NCBI GenBank assembly: GCA_035292445.1
Contig: DATDQB010000020.1
Span: 91,484-155,483 of the forward strand
Reading direction: 5' to 3'
Length of the DNA: 64,000 nt
DNA from: Candidatus Omnitrophota bacterium
GTDB taxonomy: Bacteria; Omnitrophota; Gorgyraeia; Zapsychrales; Zapsychraceae
In this document: one piece after another, positions 39,376 to 49,400 of the stretch
Position numbering within the stretch: position 1 is the stretch's first letter
How the letters are laid out: the number at the start of each line of letters is the position of its first letter
Made by a program: the position numbers and the translations under genes
Notes under the pieces: model-generated
Told to the model about the DNA's origin: nothing
The model's database searches: none
The model's input: the letters and a program-made list of their open reading frames with translations, nothing else

Positions 39376-40191
39376 ATGATCATCCTTCGGCAAAAGAAAA
39401 GCCCTCAACACAACAACCGTAATTATACTCATCCCCAGGAACCCCGCTATGCCGATCTTCATCTCGCCAAAGTGTCCCCCCATCCTGGAAACACGTTGAA
39501 GGTCGTTTCCTATAACATCGAATATTCAAAAAAGATCAGCCAGGCCGTCAAACTCCTGCAGACCCATGAAGACCTCAAGAATGCCGACGTTATTTGTTTG
39601 CAGGAAATGACCCTGGAGGCGGTCCGTACGATCGGCGAAGCCCTTAAATATAACTACGTCTATTACCCGGCGCTCCTGCACCCGGTCCTGGCGAAAGATT
39701 TCGGCAATGCCATCCTTTCCAAATGGCCGATCGTCCACGATCAAAAGATCCTTCTTCCTCATTCAAATCCCAAGAGCTCACAAAGGGTTGCCGTGATCTC
39801 AACGATCTACTTCCAGAACAAACCCGTTGTCATCACCTGCGTCCATCTTAAGGTGCTCATTAAGCCCTCGTTCCGCAAAGAACAGATAACAAAGTTGCTG
39901 AAAAATTTACCCCTGGAGGAATTGCCCATCATCATCGCCGGAGATTTTAACACCTTTACCAAAGCCAATAACCAAGCCATCTCGGACCCCCTCATAAAGG
40001 CGGATTTCATTCCTGCAACAGACGGCTTAGGCTGGAGCCATAAACACTGGACGCTCTTAAACAAAAAGAGCCAGCTCGACCATATCTTCATCAAAGGATT
40101 GGAAATCGTCAAGACAGGAAAAGTCATCAACCGCAAGTCCAGCGACCACATCCCCATTTGGGCGGAATTGGCTTTTTCGTCAGACTCGTAA
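39376..40191 (+). CDS. Endonuclease/exonuclease/phosphatase family protein
   Basis: SYNI, LQE, GNAILS, GDFN, LDHI, SDH. Confidence 0.9.
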   Translation: MIILRQKKSPQHNNRNYTHPQEPRYADLHLAKVSPHPGNTLKVVSYNIEYSKKISQAVKLLQTHEDLKNADVICLQEMTLEAVRTIGEALKYNYVYYPALLHPVLAKDFGNAILSKWPIVHDQKILLPHSNPKSSQRVAVISTIYFQNKPVVITCVHLKVLIKPSFRKEQITKLLKNLPLEELPIIIAGDFNTFTKANNQAISDPLIKADFIPATDGLGWSHKHWTLLNKKSQLDHIFIKGLEIVKTGKVINRKSSDHIPIWAELAFSSDS

Positions 40192-40198
40192 CGAAAAA

Positions 40199-41116
40199 TC
40201 AAAAAAGGCGATAAAATAATGCCCCATCAGAAACGGCGCCAGTTTCGTTCAATGCCTTGGCCCTTTGCATGGCCGCATCTGCCATTTTCTCATTTCCCGA
40301 TTCCATATAGACAAGAGCTAAATAATAAAATGCCTTTTTATTCTGGTTATCATGTTTAATAACTTCTTGTAAGAATAAAAGGGCTAATTCGTATCGCTTC
40401 AGCTGATAGGAGGCCAGACCCGCATAATAATAATAGAACGCTTTCCTTGAAAAGTCTTTTTCCAGGGCCATCGGAAAAACTTTCAATAGCCCTTCATATT
40501 CCTTCAAATTGTATAAATTAATTATCAATAAGGCAAAACAGTCCTGGATGCCTTTCTTCAGGTTACTCATAATGACCTCACCGGGTGCGGGAATGTGCTT
40601 CCAAATCTGCCTATATAACGGCATTTGGTTAATAACATAAAACGTGGCTTTAGGATTTGTAACAAGAGCTTGGTGTAATAAATTATTGGATGTGAGGAAA
40701 TCCTCTTTTCGATGGTATAAAAGAGCCAAGTTGTAATAGGACCAAAAATGGTAAGGGTTATCTTTTACCGCCAATTCGTAAGCTTCTATCGCTTTATCAA
40801 AATACTCCGCCTTGGCGTAAAAGTATCCTTGGAAAGGATAGACGGTTTTTAAATCGGGATACTTCTCCTCAACTTTTGTATAGTAAGAAATGTAGGAGTC
40901 GGGTTCTATATCGGGGCTTTCTTCTGGCGAAATGACATGGCGTGCCAGCCCTTCAAAATCCGGAAGATAATAGCTGACCTCGACAGCTTTTCTTTTTTCT
41001 TTCAGATATTTCCTCTCCCGTTCAAGGTAGCTAAAAATGGGCTTGCTCAATAAACACAGAGACAGGATAAGGATTATCCCGGCAAAGGTTAGATAGAATT
41101 TTGGTTTGATGATCAT
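40199..41116 (-). CDS. Membrane-anchored TPR protein (paralog of 33623-34540)
   Basis: NPYHFWSYYNLA vs NPYFFWFPYNLG; YYYAGLASY vs YYYAGVASY. Confidence 0.82.
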   Translation of the reverse strand: MIIKPKFYLTFAGIILILSLCLLSKPIFSYLERERKYLKEKRKAVEVSYYLPDFEGLARHVISPEESPDIEPDSYISYYTKVEEKYPDLKTVYPFQGYFYAKAEYFDKAIEAYELAVKDNPYHFWSYYNLALLYHRKEDFLTSNNLLHQALVTNPKATFYVINQMPLYRQIWKHIPAPGEVIMSNLKKGIQDCFALLIINLYNLKEYEGLLKVFPMALEKDFSRKAFYYYYAGLASYQLKRYELALLFLQEVIKHDNQNKKAFYYLALVYMESGNEKMADAAMQRAKALNETGAVSDGALFYRLF

Positions 41117-41125
41117 CTGAGTTTT

Positions 41126-42628
41126 ATGATAAAGCTTTCAAAAGTTTCGGTCGGTGATATAATGTCATCATTATCACCGTTCAACATCATGGAAATCAAG
41201 CCCCAAAACCAACGGCTCCTTCATCCTGCCATCATAAGCGTTTTCGTTATTTGTTTTGCGGTCTGGTTTTATTTATTCTATGTCACCCAGCCGGTAGTTG
41301 TCTACGATTCAATAAGTTATGAATCTACGGGCAAAATGATATATGAACAAGGCTGGATTGCCTTTTTAAAAGCCGGATTGTACCGGGAATACGGTTATGC
41401 GTTCTTGGTCTCAATTGCCATGAGGCTCGCTGATTACCTTCATGTGTCCTATCTCACCGTTGTGAAATTCATTCAATTGCTTTTTCTTTTTTCCGCCCAG
41501 CTTCTTAGCTATTATGTCATGCGTCGGCTGCGCATTCATCCTCTTATTACGGCCTGGGCGCTTTTATATATCGGCCTCTCTCCCGGACTATTGTTTTCGA
41601 CCATGATTCTTTATTACGAGGCGGGCATGTACCCATTTGTTCTGCTCCTTCTTATCGGTGCCGCCCATGCCTGGCTTGCTTTAATAAAAGAGAACAAAAA
41701 TATCGTCATACCGACGATCGTTCTTGCCGTGGCCCTGTTTTGTTGCGCATCGATCAAAGCCATCTTTGAGCCTCTTTCTTATTTCATGCTCTTACCCTTT
41801 TTGGCCTTGATCCTTAAGGCCATTATTGCCAAAAGAAAGGCCGTTTATAAAAAAGGCATCGTTTTTCTTATCGTATTCGCCATCTTCTTTTATCTTCCCA
41901 TCACCGCGTACAAATTAGTCAACAAATATTATAATAACGAATACACATTGACAGATCGTTCCGGACGGATATTCCTGGGCAGCACTCTCGTACGGGTTCA
42001 GGACTTTGAGATCAAACAATTGAAATCATTGATCGTTTTTACTTTTATGCTGAACCATTGTGCGACGTTCGCCGATCCAAACGAGTGCGGCCTCTGGGAC
42101 TGGCGGTACGGAGATAAATTGGCCCTATCGTATATGGAAGAATATGCCCATAAGCACAACCTCCCTCTTCCCCTAACTCAACGGCAGTTAACGAACGCTG
42201 CTTTTCAAGAAATCCTAAATCAACCCCTTCGATATGCTCTTGTAACGATCATTCATTCGTTTAAGATTTTTTACTGGGAATACTTTTTCGGTTTTGCGGC
42301 TTACCCGGACTGGATGGATAGGACGTTTCTTGTCGGACGGCTGGGATTAACGATCTCCCTCACCAGCGCCTTCCTGGCTTTCCTTGGGTTTAGTCATTTA
42401 TGCTGGTGGGTGTGGCATAACAGAAGGCGTCTTGTCGATAATTCGGCACCTATGGAGATGAGAACCGTCATGGTTTATATATTGTTCCTTATCCTTGTCG
42501 GCTTTGGAATATTATCCAGCCTCCTATGGATTCTAGATCGCTACATTCTTCCTGTCGCTTCTCTTTATATTATTTCTATTGCCTTCTTCCTTGATCAAAC
42601 TCTTATCCGCCGACCAAAAACAACTTAA
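41126..42628 (+). CDS. Polytopic membrane protein, GT-C (PMT/ArnT-like) candidate
   Basis: YDS..Y loop after TM1, RE.GY, C-terminal RYILP; start uncertain. Confidence 0.65.
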   Translation: MIKLSKVSVGDIMSSLSPFNIMEIKPQNQRLLHPAIISVFVICFAVWFYLFYVTQPVVVYDSISYESTGKMIYEQGWIAFLKAGLYREYGYAFLVSIAMRLADYLHVSYLTVVKFIQLLFLFSAQLLSYYVMRRLRIHPLITAWALLYIGLSPGLLFSTMILYYEAGMYPFVLLLLIGAAHAWLALIKENKNIVIPTIVLAVALFCCASIKAIFEPLSYFMLLPFLALILKAIIAKRKAVYKKGIVFLIVFAIFFYLPITAYKLVNKYYNNEYTLTDRSGRIFLGSTLVRVQDFEIKQLKSLIVFTFMLNHCATFADPNECGLWDWRYGDKLALSYMEEYAHKHNLPLPLTQRQLTNAAFQEILNQPLRYALVTIIHSFKIFYWEYFFGFAAYPDWMDRTFLVGRLGLTISLTSAFLAFLGFSHLCWWVWHNRRRLVDNSAPMEMRTVMVYILFLILVGFGILSSLLWILDRYILPVASLYIISIAFFLDQTLIRRPKTT

Positions 42629-42678
42629 CGATCTTTATTCCTTATCCCATCGAATCATTCTTGTTCGCGCAGCCCCCC

Positions 42679-44466
42679 TTATCCGTAATAACACACTTTA
42701 TCTTTTCCTTCTTTTTTTGCCTGATAAAGCGCCCGGTCGGCCTTGGCGGTCAAATCATGGCGCCCCATATCATTACAATATTGAGTAAGCCCGATGCTAA
42801 TCGTCACTTTTTCTTTTAGCCCCAATTGCTTAACAGCTTCCCTGAGCCGCTCACCAATCATGACCGCCCCTTCAAGCGTTGTCTGCGGTAAAATCACAAC
42901 AAACTCATCTCCCGCATACCGGCAGACAACATCGATATCCCGCGAATTCTTTTCCAGGCATTCCCCCAGCATCTTAAGAAGCCGATCCCCCTCGGGATGA
43001 CCGAATTTGTCATTGTAAAACTTGAAATCATCCACATCGATCATCATCAAGGCTAGGTGACCGGAAAAACGTTTCGTGCGCCGGATCTCATAATCAAGGG
43101 CCCTGGTAAAATAGCGGTAATTATGAATGCTTGTCAACGGATCTGTAACGGCCAAATAATTCAATTCTCTATATAACTTAATATTTTCAATGGCGACGGC
43201 TATCTCCCTGGCAATTGCACAAAGAATCTTTAAATCGGTTTTACTGAAGATGCCCGCCTCTGGTTCATTCGTATTTTTCTGGGCAATCGTAATAATGCCA
43301 ATAAGTTTCCCATCTATATGAATGGGTACGCTAATAAAAGAATTACCTAAATATTCCGGTATTTCCGATTTTTCAAACCTCTCATCCTTCTTTAAGTCAG
43401 TAACTAAAACAGCTTCATGATCAAGGGAAACAAGGCCGGCCAAATGATTGCCTAAATGGACCCTTGTATTTTTGACAATATCATCACTGATTCCTTTAGC
43501 TCCCCGGATGTGCAACTCTCCGCTGTGTTCATCAACCAGCATGAGTGAACATTGCTTGGCTTCCATAATTTCCGTCACTTTATTAACTATAAAATCAACC
43601 AGAAGATCAAATTTACGGATAGCACTCACCTTCTCATCAAAGCCGATAATATCTTCCAACTTTCTGCGTTCGGCCATCAGTTGCTCCTCCAACCTCTTTC
43701 TATCCGTAATGTCCCGCCAGACGGAAACGAAATGCGTTATTTGGCCGAAGCCATCCTTGATGGGCGATATGGTTTGTTCGGCGATATAAAGTCGACCTTC
43801 CTTGTTCTTATTAACGATCTGCGACTTGAAGTTCTTCCCAGAAAGAATCGTTTTCCAAAGCTCATCATAATAACTTTTGGGTTGTTTGCCGGACTTAAGG
43901 ATGCGGGGGGTCTTTCCAATGGCCTCTTCTTTCGAATAACCCGTTGTCCCTTCAAAAGCAAGATTGACGTATTCTATGATTCCGTCTTTGTCGGTAATCA
44001 TCACGTTATCAGCGGTGGCCGAAACGGCCTTGTTTAAGACCCGTTGGGATTGTTTGAGATCTTTTTGGGAACTGATATCATGAACAATGCCTTCATAACC
44101 AATCACCTGCTCATGTTCATTGCGGATATAATTGCTGGTGACGGAAAGTAAGACAATCTCTCCACTTTTTTTCTTATAGGAAACCTCATATTCTTTGACA
44201 AACCCCGCCTTCTCCATCTGCTCCAAGAATTTCTTCGCCTCCTTACTCTCGGCATACAACTGCTTGTTGATATTAAGCCCAGTCACTTCGTCTTTGATGT
44301 TATATCCTAGTAAATCCACAAAAGCATGATTCACATAAAGAAGGTTCCCCTTGACATCAGCGACATAAATCCCAATATGGACATTCTCAACCAAACGACG
44401 GAAAGTGTCCGCTGTATCGGAAAAAATGGGATCCAGATATTTTCTATCCTTGTTTGTAGAAAGCAT
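42679..44466 (-). CDS. PAS-PAS-GAF-GGDEF diguanylate cyclase
   Basis: TDPLT, IDVDDFK.YND.FGH..GD, RDID I-site, RYAGDEF; start ATG 44466. Confidence 0.9.
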   Translation of the reverse strand: MLSTNKDRKYLDPIFSDTADTFRRLVENVHIGIYVADVKGNLLYVNHAFVDLLGYNIKDEVTGLNINKQLYAESKEAKKFLEQMEKAGFVKEYEVSYKKKSGEIVLLSVTSNYIRNEHEQVIGYEGIVHDISSQKDLKQSQRVLNKAVSATADNVMITDKDGIIEYVNLAFEGTTGYSKEEAIGKTPRILKSGKQPKSYYDELWKTILSGKNFKSQIVNKNKEGRLYIAEQTISPIKDGFGQITHFVSVWRDITDRKRLEEQLMAERRKLEDIIGFDEKVSAIRKFDLLVDFIVNKVTEIMEAKQCSLMLVDEHSGELHIRGAKGISDDIVKNTRVHLGNHLAGLVSLDHEAVLVTDLKKDERFEKSEIPEYLGNSFISVPIHIDGKLIGIITIAQKNTNEPEAGIFSKTDLKILCAIAREIAVAIENIKLYRELNYLAVTDPLTSIHNYRYFTRALDYEIRRTKRFSGHLALMMIDVDDFKFYNDKFGHPEGDRLLKMLGECLEKNSRDIDVVCRYAGDEFVVILPQTTLEGAVMIGERLREAVKQLGLKEKVTISIGLTQYCNDMGRHDLTAKADRALYQAKKEGKDKVCYYG

Positions 44467-44486
44467 ATCCTCTCCCTCCTTTTTTA

Positions 44487-44876
44487 TTAAGATATCGCTT
44501 TCTGATTCTTCTCGCCAAGGCATTTCTTGATCAGGGGCACTAAACAATCATAAATTTCAGTCTTGCCGACAAAGGCCGTCACGTTAAGTTTCTTCGACAG
44601 TTCCTTAAATTCCTTCGTATCAAACATAGTCACGACAATGACACAACAGTCAGGATTATCCGTCTTGATATGCGCTATAGCGGCCAACCCGTTGGCCTGG
44701 GGCAAGTTGATGTCCATAAGCACAATATCTGGGCGCGTGAAAGATGATTTGGCCACCCCCATCTCGGCGCTTGAGGCTTCGAATATGGCCAGGTTCAAAT
44801 CCTGCTTTTCGAGGTAAGAACGCAGCATCTTACGGAACTCAATATTATCATCCACAATTAATAATCGCTGACTCAT
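44487..44876 (-). CDS. Single-domain response regulator
   Basis: IVDDN, MDINLP..NG; start ATG 44876. Confidence 0.85.
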   Translation of the reverse strand: MSQRLLIVDDNIEFRKMLRSYLEKQDLNLAIFEASSAEMGVAKSSFTRPDIVLMDINLPQANGLAAIAHIKTDNPDCCVIVVTMFDTKEFKELSKKLNVTAFVGKTEIYDCLVPLIKKCLGEKNQKAIS

Positions 44877-44882
44877 TGAATT

Positions 44883-44978
44883 CTCCCGCTCATTTTTCCT
44901 CATTTCCTTGATTAGAAGGAAATGAGCGAGGCTCGCCCGCTTCATCTAAAATAAATTTAAGGAAAGCGAGGCGGCCTT
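44883..44978 (-). repeat. Two-hairpin leader element, copy 2
   Basis: See 27410-27492. Confidence 0.75.
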
Positions 44979-45010
44979 AATAAAACACTCCATATATATT
45001 TTCTGTAATA

Positions 45011-45077
45011 ATTATAATTTATTTTTACAAATTTATTTATTAGGAAGATTACTGACCGATATGAGTAATACTACGTA
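45011..45077 (-). promoter_or_regulatory. Paired 16-bp boxes (45040-45055, 45062-45077) plus -10 TATAAT (45011-45016)
   Basis: ttaggaagattactga and tgagtaatactacgta, starts 22 bp apart. Confidence 0.65.
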
Positions 45078-45079
45078 GA

Positions 45080-45724
45080 TCAGACGAGCCCTTTAGAGAC
45101 CGCGTATCGAACCAAACCGGCCGTGGTCTTAATGCCCAATCTGTTGGTAAGGTTATTGCGGTGGGTTTCAACGGTACGTACGCTGATTTTAAGCTTAGCG
45201 GCGATCGTTTTATTGGCCAGGCCTTCAGCTACCATCTTAAGGATCTGCAGCTCCCGCTTAGTCAATAAATCTAACGAAGGGGTATCGACGTCGTCCATGG
45301 CACGCAAGAAACGTTCCGCCAATACCTTCTCAACGGAAGGCGAAACATACGATTTCCCTTTCATGAGCGTTCGGATGGCCTTGTTGAGTTGCTCAAAAGT
45401 ATCTTCTTTTAACAGATACCCATCAGCTCCGTACGTCCGGGCATGCTTGAAATGCTCGTGGTCTTTTTGCATGGTCAGGATCAAGACCTTCATTGTGGGG
45501 TATTCTTTCTTGATTTCCTGAAGGGCCTCCATCCCATCTAAAACAGGCATGGACAAATCCACAATAGCCAAATCACAGCTCTTTTTATCCAATAAATCCA
45601 GCAACTCTTCTCCGTTCTTGGCTTCCCCGATAATTTCATAATCTTTATTGCGCGCAATCAGGCTCTTGAGCCCTTCACGGAAGATTTCATGGTCATCGGC
45701 TAAAACAATGCGGACTTTCTTCAT
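45080..45724 (-). CDS. NarL/NreC-family response regulator (REC + LuxR HTH)
   Basis: ADDH, DLSMP, LTKRELQIL...ISVRTVETHR. Confidence 0.93.
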   Translation of the reverse strand: MKKVRIVLADDHEIFREGLKSLIARNKDYEIIGEAKNGEELLDLLDKKSCDLAIVDLSMPVLDGMEALQEIKKEYPTMKVLILTMQKDHEHFKHARTYGADGYLLKEDTFEQLNKAIRTLMKGKSYVSPSVEKVLAERFLRAMDDVDTPSLDLLTKRELQILKMVAEGLANKTIAAKLKISVRTVETHRNNLTNRLGIKTTAGLVRYAVSKGLV

Positions 45725-45728
45725 TATT

Positions 45729-46778
45729 TTACTCCGCAGGAATAATTATAGTGATCCCTGTTCCTTTGCCCTTACCGGAATGGATATGAATTTCACCACC
45801 CAATAGTTTAGCCCGCTCCGCCATCGTTGACAATCCCAACCCTTGGGATTTATTGGCCTTATGATTTCTGGTGGTATTAAATCCGCATCCATTGTCCTCA
45901 ATGGAGATAATCAATCGGCCGTTATCGGACTTAGTGGAAATATTGACCTTGGTTGCCTGCGCATGCTTGATAACATTGGTTAAGGCTTCTTGGACGATAC
46001 GAAAAAGGTTGATCGATTCCCCCTTTAAACGGATTTTATCCAGTCTCCCCCAGTTGGCCGTAATTTTGACCTTTTTTTGGCTGCGAAAATCATTGATGAG
46101 CGATTTTAAAGACGTCGATAACCCAAGGACCTCAAGCGTCGAAGGCCTTAATACGGAAGACATGTGCCGCGTCTTTTCAATAATGGCGTTGATCCGGTTG
46201 AGGATTTTCTTCTTGGCCTTAGTGAGCGCCGCCTTATTTGGGCCAAGCTCAAAAAGGGATGATTGAATAAGCATTTTCAGCGTGGCCAAGGCCTGCCCTA
46301 AATCGTCATGAATTTCGCGGGAGATCCGCTCCCTTTCTTCCTCCTGGGCCTGGATGATTTCCCGGGGCAGCTCCTTAATCGCCTCTTCCATTTCTTTACG
46401 ACGGGTGATCTCGTTACGGATGGCCACGTATTGGTAGGGCTTGCCGCGCTCGTTCAAAAGAGGGACAATCGTCGTATCCACCCAATAATAAGTGCCGTCT
46501 TTGGCCCGGTTACGGATCTCCCCCTTCCACACCCTACCCTGGGCAATAGTGTGCCAAAGACCACGGAAGAATTCTTTCGGATGAGTGCCTGAGTTGACAA
46601 TCCGATGGTTTTGTCCTAAAAGTTCTTGGCGGGAATATTTGGATATCTCACAGAACTTATCATTGGCGTAGATGATGTCCCCTTTAAGATCCGTCATCGC
46701 AACAATGGAAGACACATCCAGCGCATGTTTAATGTCGGAAAGCTCTTTAAGGGATTTTTTAAAATCTTTATCCGACAT
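45729..46778 (-). CDS. Soluble PAS histidine kinase (HisKA_3)
   Basis: PAS (YAN.KF..ISKYS..EL.G.NH...W...W.GE..N..KDG), ERERISREIHDDLGQ, QEALTNVIKH, DNG.GF; no TM segment. Confidence 0.92.
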   Translation of the reverse strand: MSDKDFKKSLKELSDIKHALDVSSIVAMTDLKGDIIYANDKFCEISKYSRQELLGQNHRIVNSGTHPKEFFRGLWHTIAQGRVWKGEIRNRAKDGTYYWVDTTIVPLLNERGKPYQYVAIRNEITRRKEMEEAIKELPREIIQAQEEERERISREIHDDLGQALATLKMLIQSSLFELGPNKAALTKAKKKILNRINAIIEKTRHMSSVLRPSTLEVLGLSTSLKSLINDFRSQKKVKITANWGRLDKIRLKGESINLFRIVQEALTNVIKHAQATKVNISTKSDNGRLIISIEDNGCGFNTTRNHKANKSQGLGLSTMAERAKLLGGEIHIHSGKGKGTGITIIIPAE

Positions 46779-46822
46779 TTTTATCTGCGCCTCTATTGGC
46801 TTGAAATGAAAAAAAGATGAAC

Positions 46823-46874
46823 TCCGTAGAATTACTTAGGAAGTATTATAGGGGAGAATATGAAGAGGTGTCAA
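46823..46874 (-). promoter_or_regulatory. Consensus sigma70 promoter with a 16-bp box over the start site
   Basis: TTGACA(46869-74)-N18-TATAAT(46845-50); box tccgtagaattactta 46823-46838. Confidence 0.7.
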
Positions 46875-46921
46875 TCATTTGGAATATTATCAATAATATG
46901 CATCCAGGTACTTACTAATAC

Positions 46922-47038
46922 TTACGTTATATAACTGAACATCTTATAAGTAGTCCTGAATTGTTCCGGCTGGATTATTGCTTTTCTGGCCTGTTCATGC
47001 ATCCGAGCAAACTCATCTTCTAGATAAATAGCATACAT
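46922..47038 (-). pseudogene. Orphan 3' fragment of an nnrS-like gene
   Basis: Translates MYAIYLEDEFARMHEQARK...; NnrS ends QDEFARMHEEAKRK; 46995-47019 equals 58646-58670 at 24/25. Confidence 0.75.
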
Positions 47039-48093
47039 CACCTAACAAAATTTTCAGTAAAATTCTCGGGGTAATTTAAATTGCTTAATGAAAAAAGATA
47101 TTCTTCCGGAACAACGATTGAGGTCGCAGAAACTGCTTCTAATAAATCCCTCATGGCTAACCGTCTTTGAGCGATGTGTTCCCTGACGACAGAAAGAATA
47201 GACGCGGGGTATCGTCCGATAAGGGGTTCCGTGTTCCCTTTATTGTTAAGGACAGCGGGCATTTGGTCTTTTGAATCGATTAAAAAAGAAAACAGTTCAG
47301 GTGTTGCCTTAAAAAGATCGCATGGAGAAATTAAATATTCTGAATCCAGCCCTGAGCTTAGAAGTGCCTCCAAAGCCCCGATCGGCCCCAAGCCCTGATA
47401 ATTATCTTGAATACGTTTTAGATGCCATAGTGAATCAGGCACCCCCTGCCCGTGCCCTACCAGAACAACCTCTTTGCATAATTGTTTAAGAACATTGTAG
47501 ACATGCTCAATTAAAGTATCACCCCCGGGAAGCATAATAGCTGCCTTCGGTTTCCCTCCCATCCGGCTGCTCTTGCCACCGCAAAAAATAGCAGCCGTAT
47601 GCGACCAACAAACAGAAGGAACAACTGTGTTTTCCTGTGGAAGTTTTATCACGTTAATCGTCTCCCCGCTTTTTAAAAACCCTTCTTTAAGAACCCGCGC
47701 ATACATCCCATGCTGTCCCAAAGCGTCATCCTTCAATTTGGGATGAATAGCGTCCATAACATAACAGGGCTTTCTTATCTTTGATATTTCTAAGACCACG
47801 CCACCTGAGAATTGAAGAATGGTACCCAGCGGTAACTTGTTGACCTGTAGACCTTGAACCGTTAAGTTCTCCCCTCCTGTTCCCGAGAATAACTCATATC
47901 CCTTTTCTTTTAGCTCCGCAAGTTTTTCCGCATCCTGCAAACAAACTGCCTGTAGGGGGCTGTTATGTTTCGCATGGTTGTGCCCATCGCCTTCCAGACC
48001 CGATGTGGTGATCCGTACCGATTTAACGGGTAGCTTCGGTATTCCTCCTTTTGAAATATTAATTGAGATAACGACAGGATCATTATGTTTCAT
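47038..48093 (-). CDS. MOSC domain / MobA (Moco guanylyltransferase) fusion
   Basis: GLEGD.H, GENL, RKPC (MOSC); GGKSSRMG..KA, GPIGAL, PCD (MobA). Confidence 0.88.
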   Translation of the reverse strand: MKHNDPVVISINISKGGIPKLPVKSVRITTSGLEGDGHNHAKHNSPLQAVCLQDAEKLAELKEKGYELFSGTGGENLTVQGLQVNKLPLGTILQFSGGVVLEISKIRKPCYVMDAIHPKLKDDALGQHGMYARVLKEGFLKSGETINVIKLPQENTVVPSVCWSHTAAIFCGGKSSRMGGKPKAAIMLPGGDTLIEHVYNVLKQLCKEVVLVGHGQGVPDSLWHLKRIQDNYQGLGPIGALEALLSSGLDSEYLISPCDLFKATPELFSFLIDSKDQMPAVLNNKGNTEPLIGRYPASILSVVREHIAQRRLAMRDLLEAVSATSIVVPEEYLFSLSNLNYPENFTENFVR

Positions 48094-48309
48094 TCAAATC
48101 TCCCAAAGAAAGAAGCCATATTCAAAAAACTGCGGATGTCGGGCAAACACAAAAATAATTCCCCGATAAGACCTGCTGGGAATCTTCAACCATTACAATA
48201 GATTCTCATTAAAACAAAAATATGCCACCCAAAAAAGAACAATTAATATTCATTTTCTGACCTCTTGCAAATGCTCTAAAAACGGAAGCCTTAAATCTTT
48301 TTACGGTAT

Positions 48310-49260
48310 TTATCCTCCGATCTGATACATCGCTTGCTCTATGTGATCAATGCGTGTAAAAGGCTTCATCCGTAGAACAGTCCTAAGAATTGCTGGATAT
48401 TGCTCCTTTGATATCCCTCGTAAATTAACCCCGGCTTCAGACATAATACACGCTCGTAATTTTCCAGTAGCCGTCAAACGCAAGCGGGAGCAAAAAGAAC
48501 AAAAAGATTGCGATTCGGAAGCAATGAAACCAAGCTTTGCACCTGATGGGGTTGTAAAATTAAAAGACGTGGAATCACGATTGACTGACTGTGGTAGCAA
48601 AATTTCGGATTCCTCAATTTTTTTTATAATCTCCCTGGCCGATACAAAATAAAGACTGTGATATTGAATAGAACATCCTATCTTCATTAATTCCAGAAAT
48701 CGAACCTCAATATCATGATCAGCAGAAAATTTGACAAAATCCAAAATTTCATCGTCATTGATCCCGCGCATCACAACCACGTTTACTTTTACCCGGAATC
48801 CCTCCGTCCTTGCCTGAAGAACGGCCTTGTAAACCTTATCAAAATATCTTGTCTTTGTAATCTTGTGAAATCGCTCTGCCCGAAGGCTATCCAGACTTAT
48901 ATTAATATGCTGACAACGTGTTTGTTTCAGAAAATCAAATTTCCCATCCAATAAGAAACCATTCGTCGTCAGGCCTAACTTTCCTAACGAAAGATTGGAA
49001 AGGCCTTCGATAATGGCCTCAAAATCACTTCTTAAGGTTGGCTCTCCACCCGAGACTCTGATTTCATCAATTCCAAAATCAACCAAAGCGGAGCATATTT
49101 CCAGCAACTCACCAGAGGAAAGAAGTGCCGAGGAGGGTAAAAATTCAGGCAGCAACGGCATGCAGTAAAAACAGCGGAAATTACACGCATCTGTTAACTG
49201 AACACGTAATTTATGGATCTGCCGACCATGAGCATCGACCAAAATCGACTTTGAGTCCAT
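48310..49260 (-). CDS. moaA: GTP 3',8-cyclase
   Basis: CNFRCFYC, GGEP, CSFCSRLRL...C, C-terminal IGG; start ATG 49260. Confidence 0.93.
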   Translation of the reverse strand: MDSKSILVDAHGRQIHKLRVQLTDACNFRCFYCMPLLPEFLPSSALLSSGELLEICSALVDFGIDEIRVSGGEPTLRSDFEAIIEGLSNLSLGKLGLTTNGFLLDGKFDFLKQTRCQHINISLDSLRAERFHKITKTRYFDKVYKAVLQARTEGFRVKVNVVVMRGINDDEILDFVKFSADHDIEVRFLELMKIGCSIQYHSLYFVSAREIIKKIEESEILLPQSVNRDSTSFNFTTPSGAKLGFIASESQSFCSFCSRLRLTATGKLRACIMSEAGVNLRGISKEQYPAILRTVLRMKPFTRIDHIEQAMYQIGG

Positions 49261-49261
49261 C

Positions 49262-49390
49262 TTCTTCCTTTCCAAACACGGGAAGCTATATCGTTTCCAA
49301 CACAGCCGTCAGCTCCTGCTAACAGTCAGCTAACAGGAGCATCGTCCTTAAACCATGGCCGAAGCTTTAGGTTTCAAGGATTAGGGAATT
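49262..49390 (-). ncRNA. Molybdenum cofactor (Moco) riboswitch-type RNA
   Basis: Minus strand accTAAagcttcggcCATGGT ... ggctgtgttgGAAAcgatatagcttCCCGTGTTTGGAAAGGA directly before moaA. Confidence 0.85.
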
Positions 49391-49400
49391 TGATGATTAT

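Noticed and set aside
44877-44945. N-terminal extensions in the ORF track (also mlaD, moaA, chaperone, nxrB, ZIP, EEP)
   Set aside because: They run through repeats, riboswitches or upstream genes; internal ATGs fit better, most with a clear RBS
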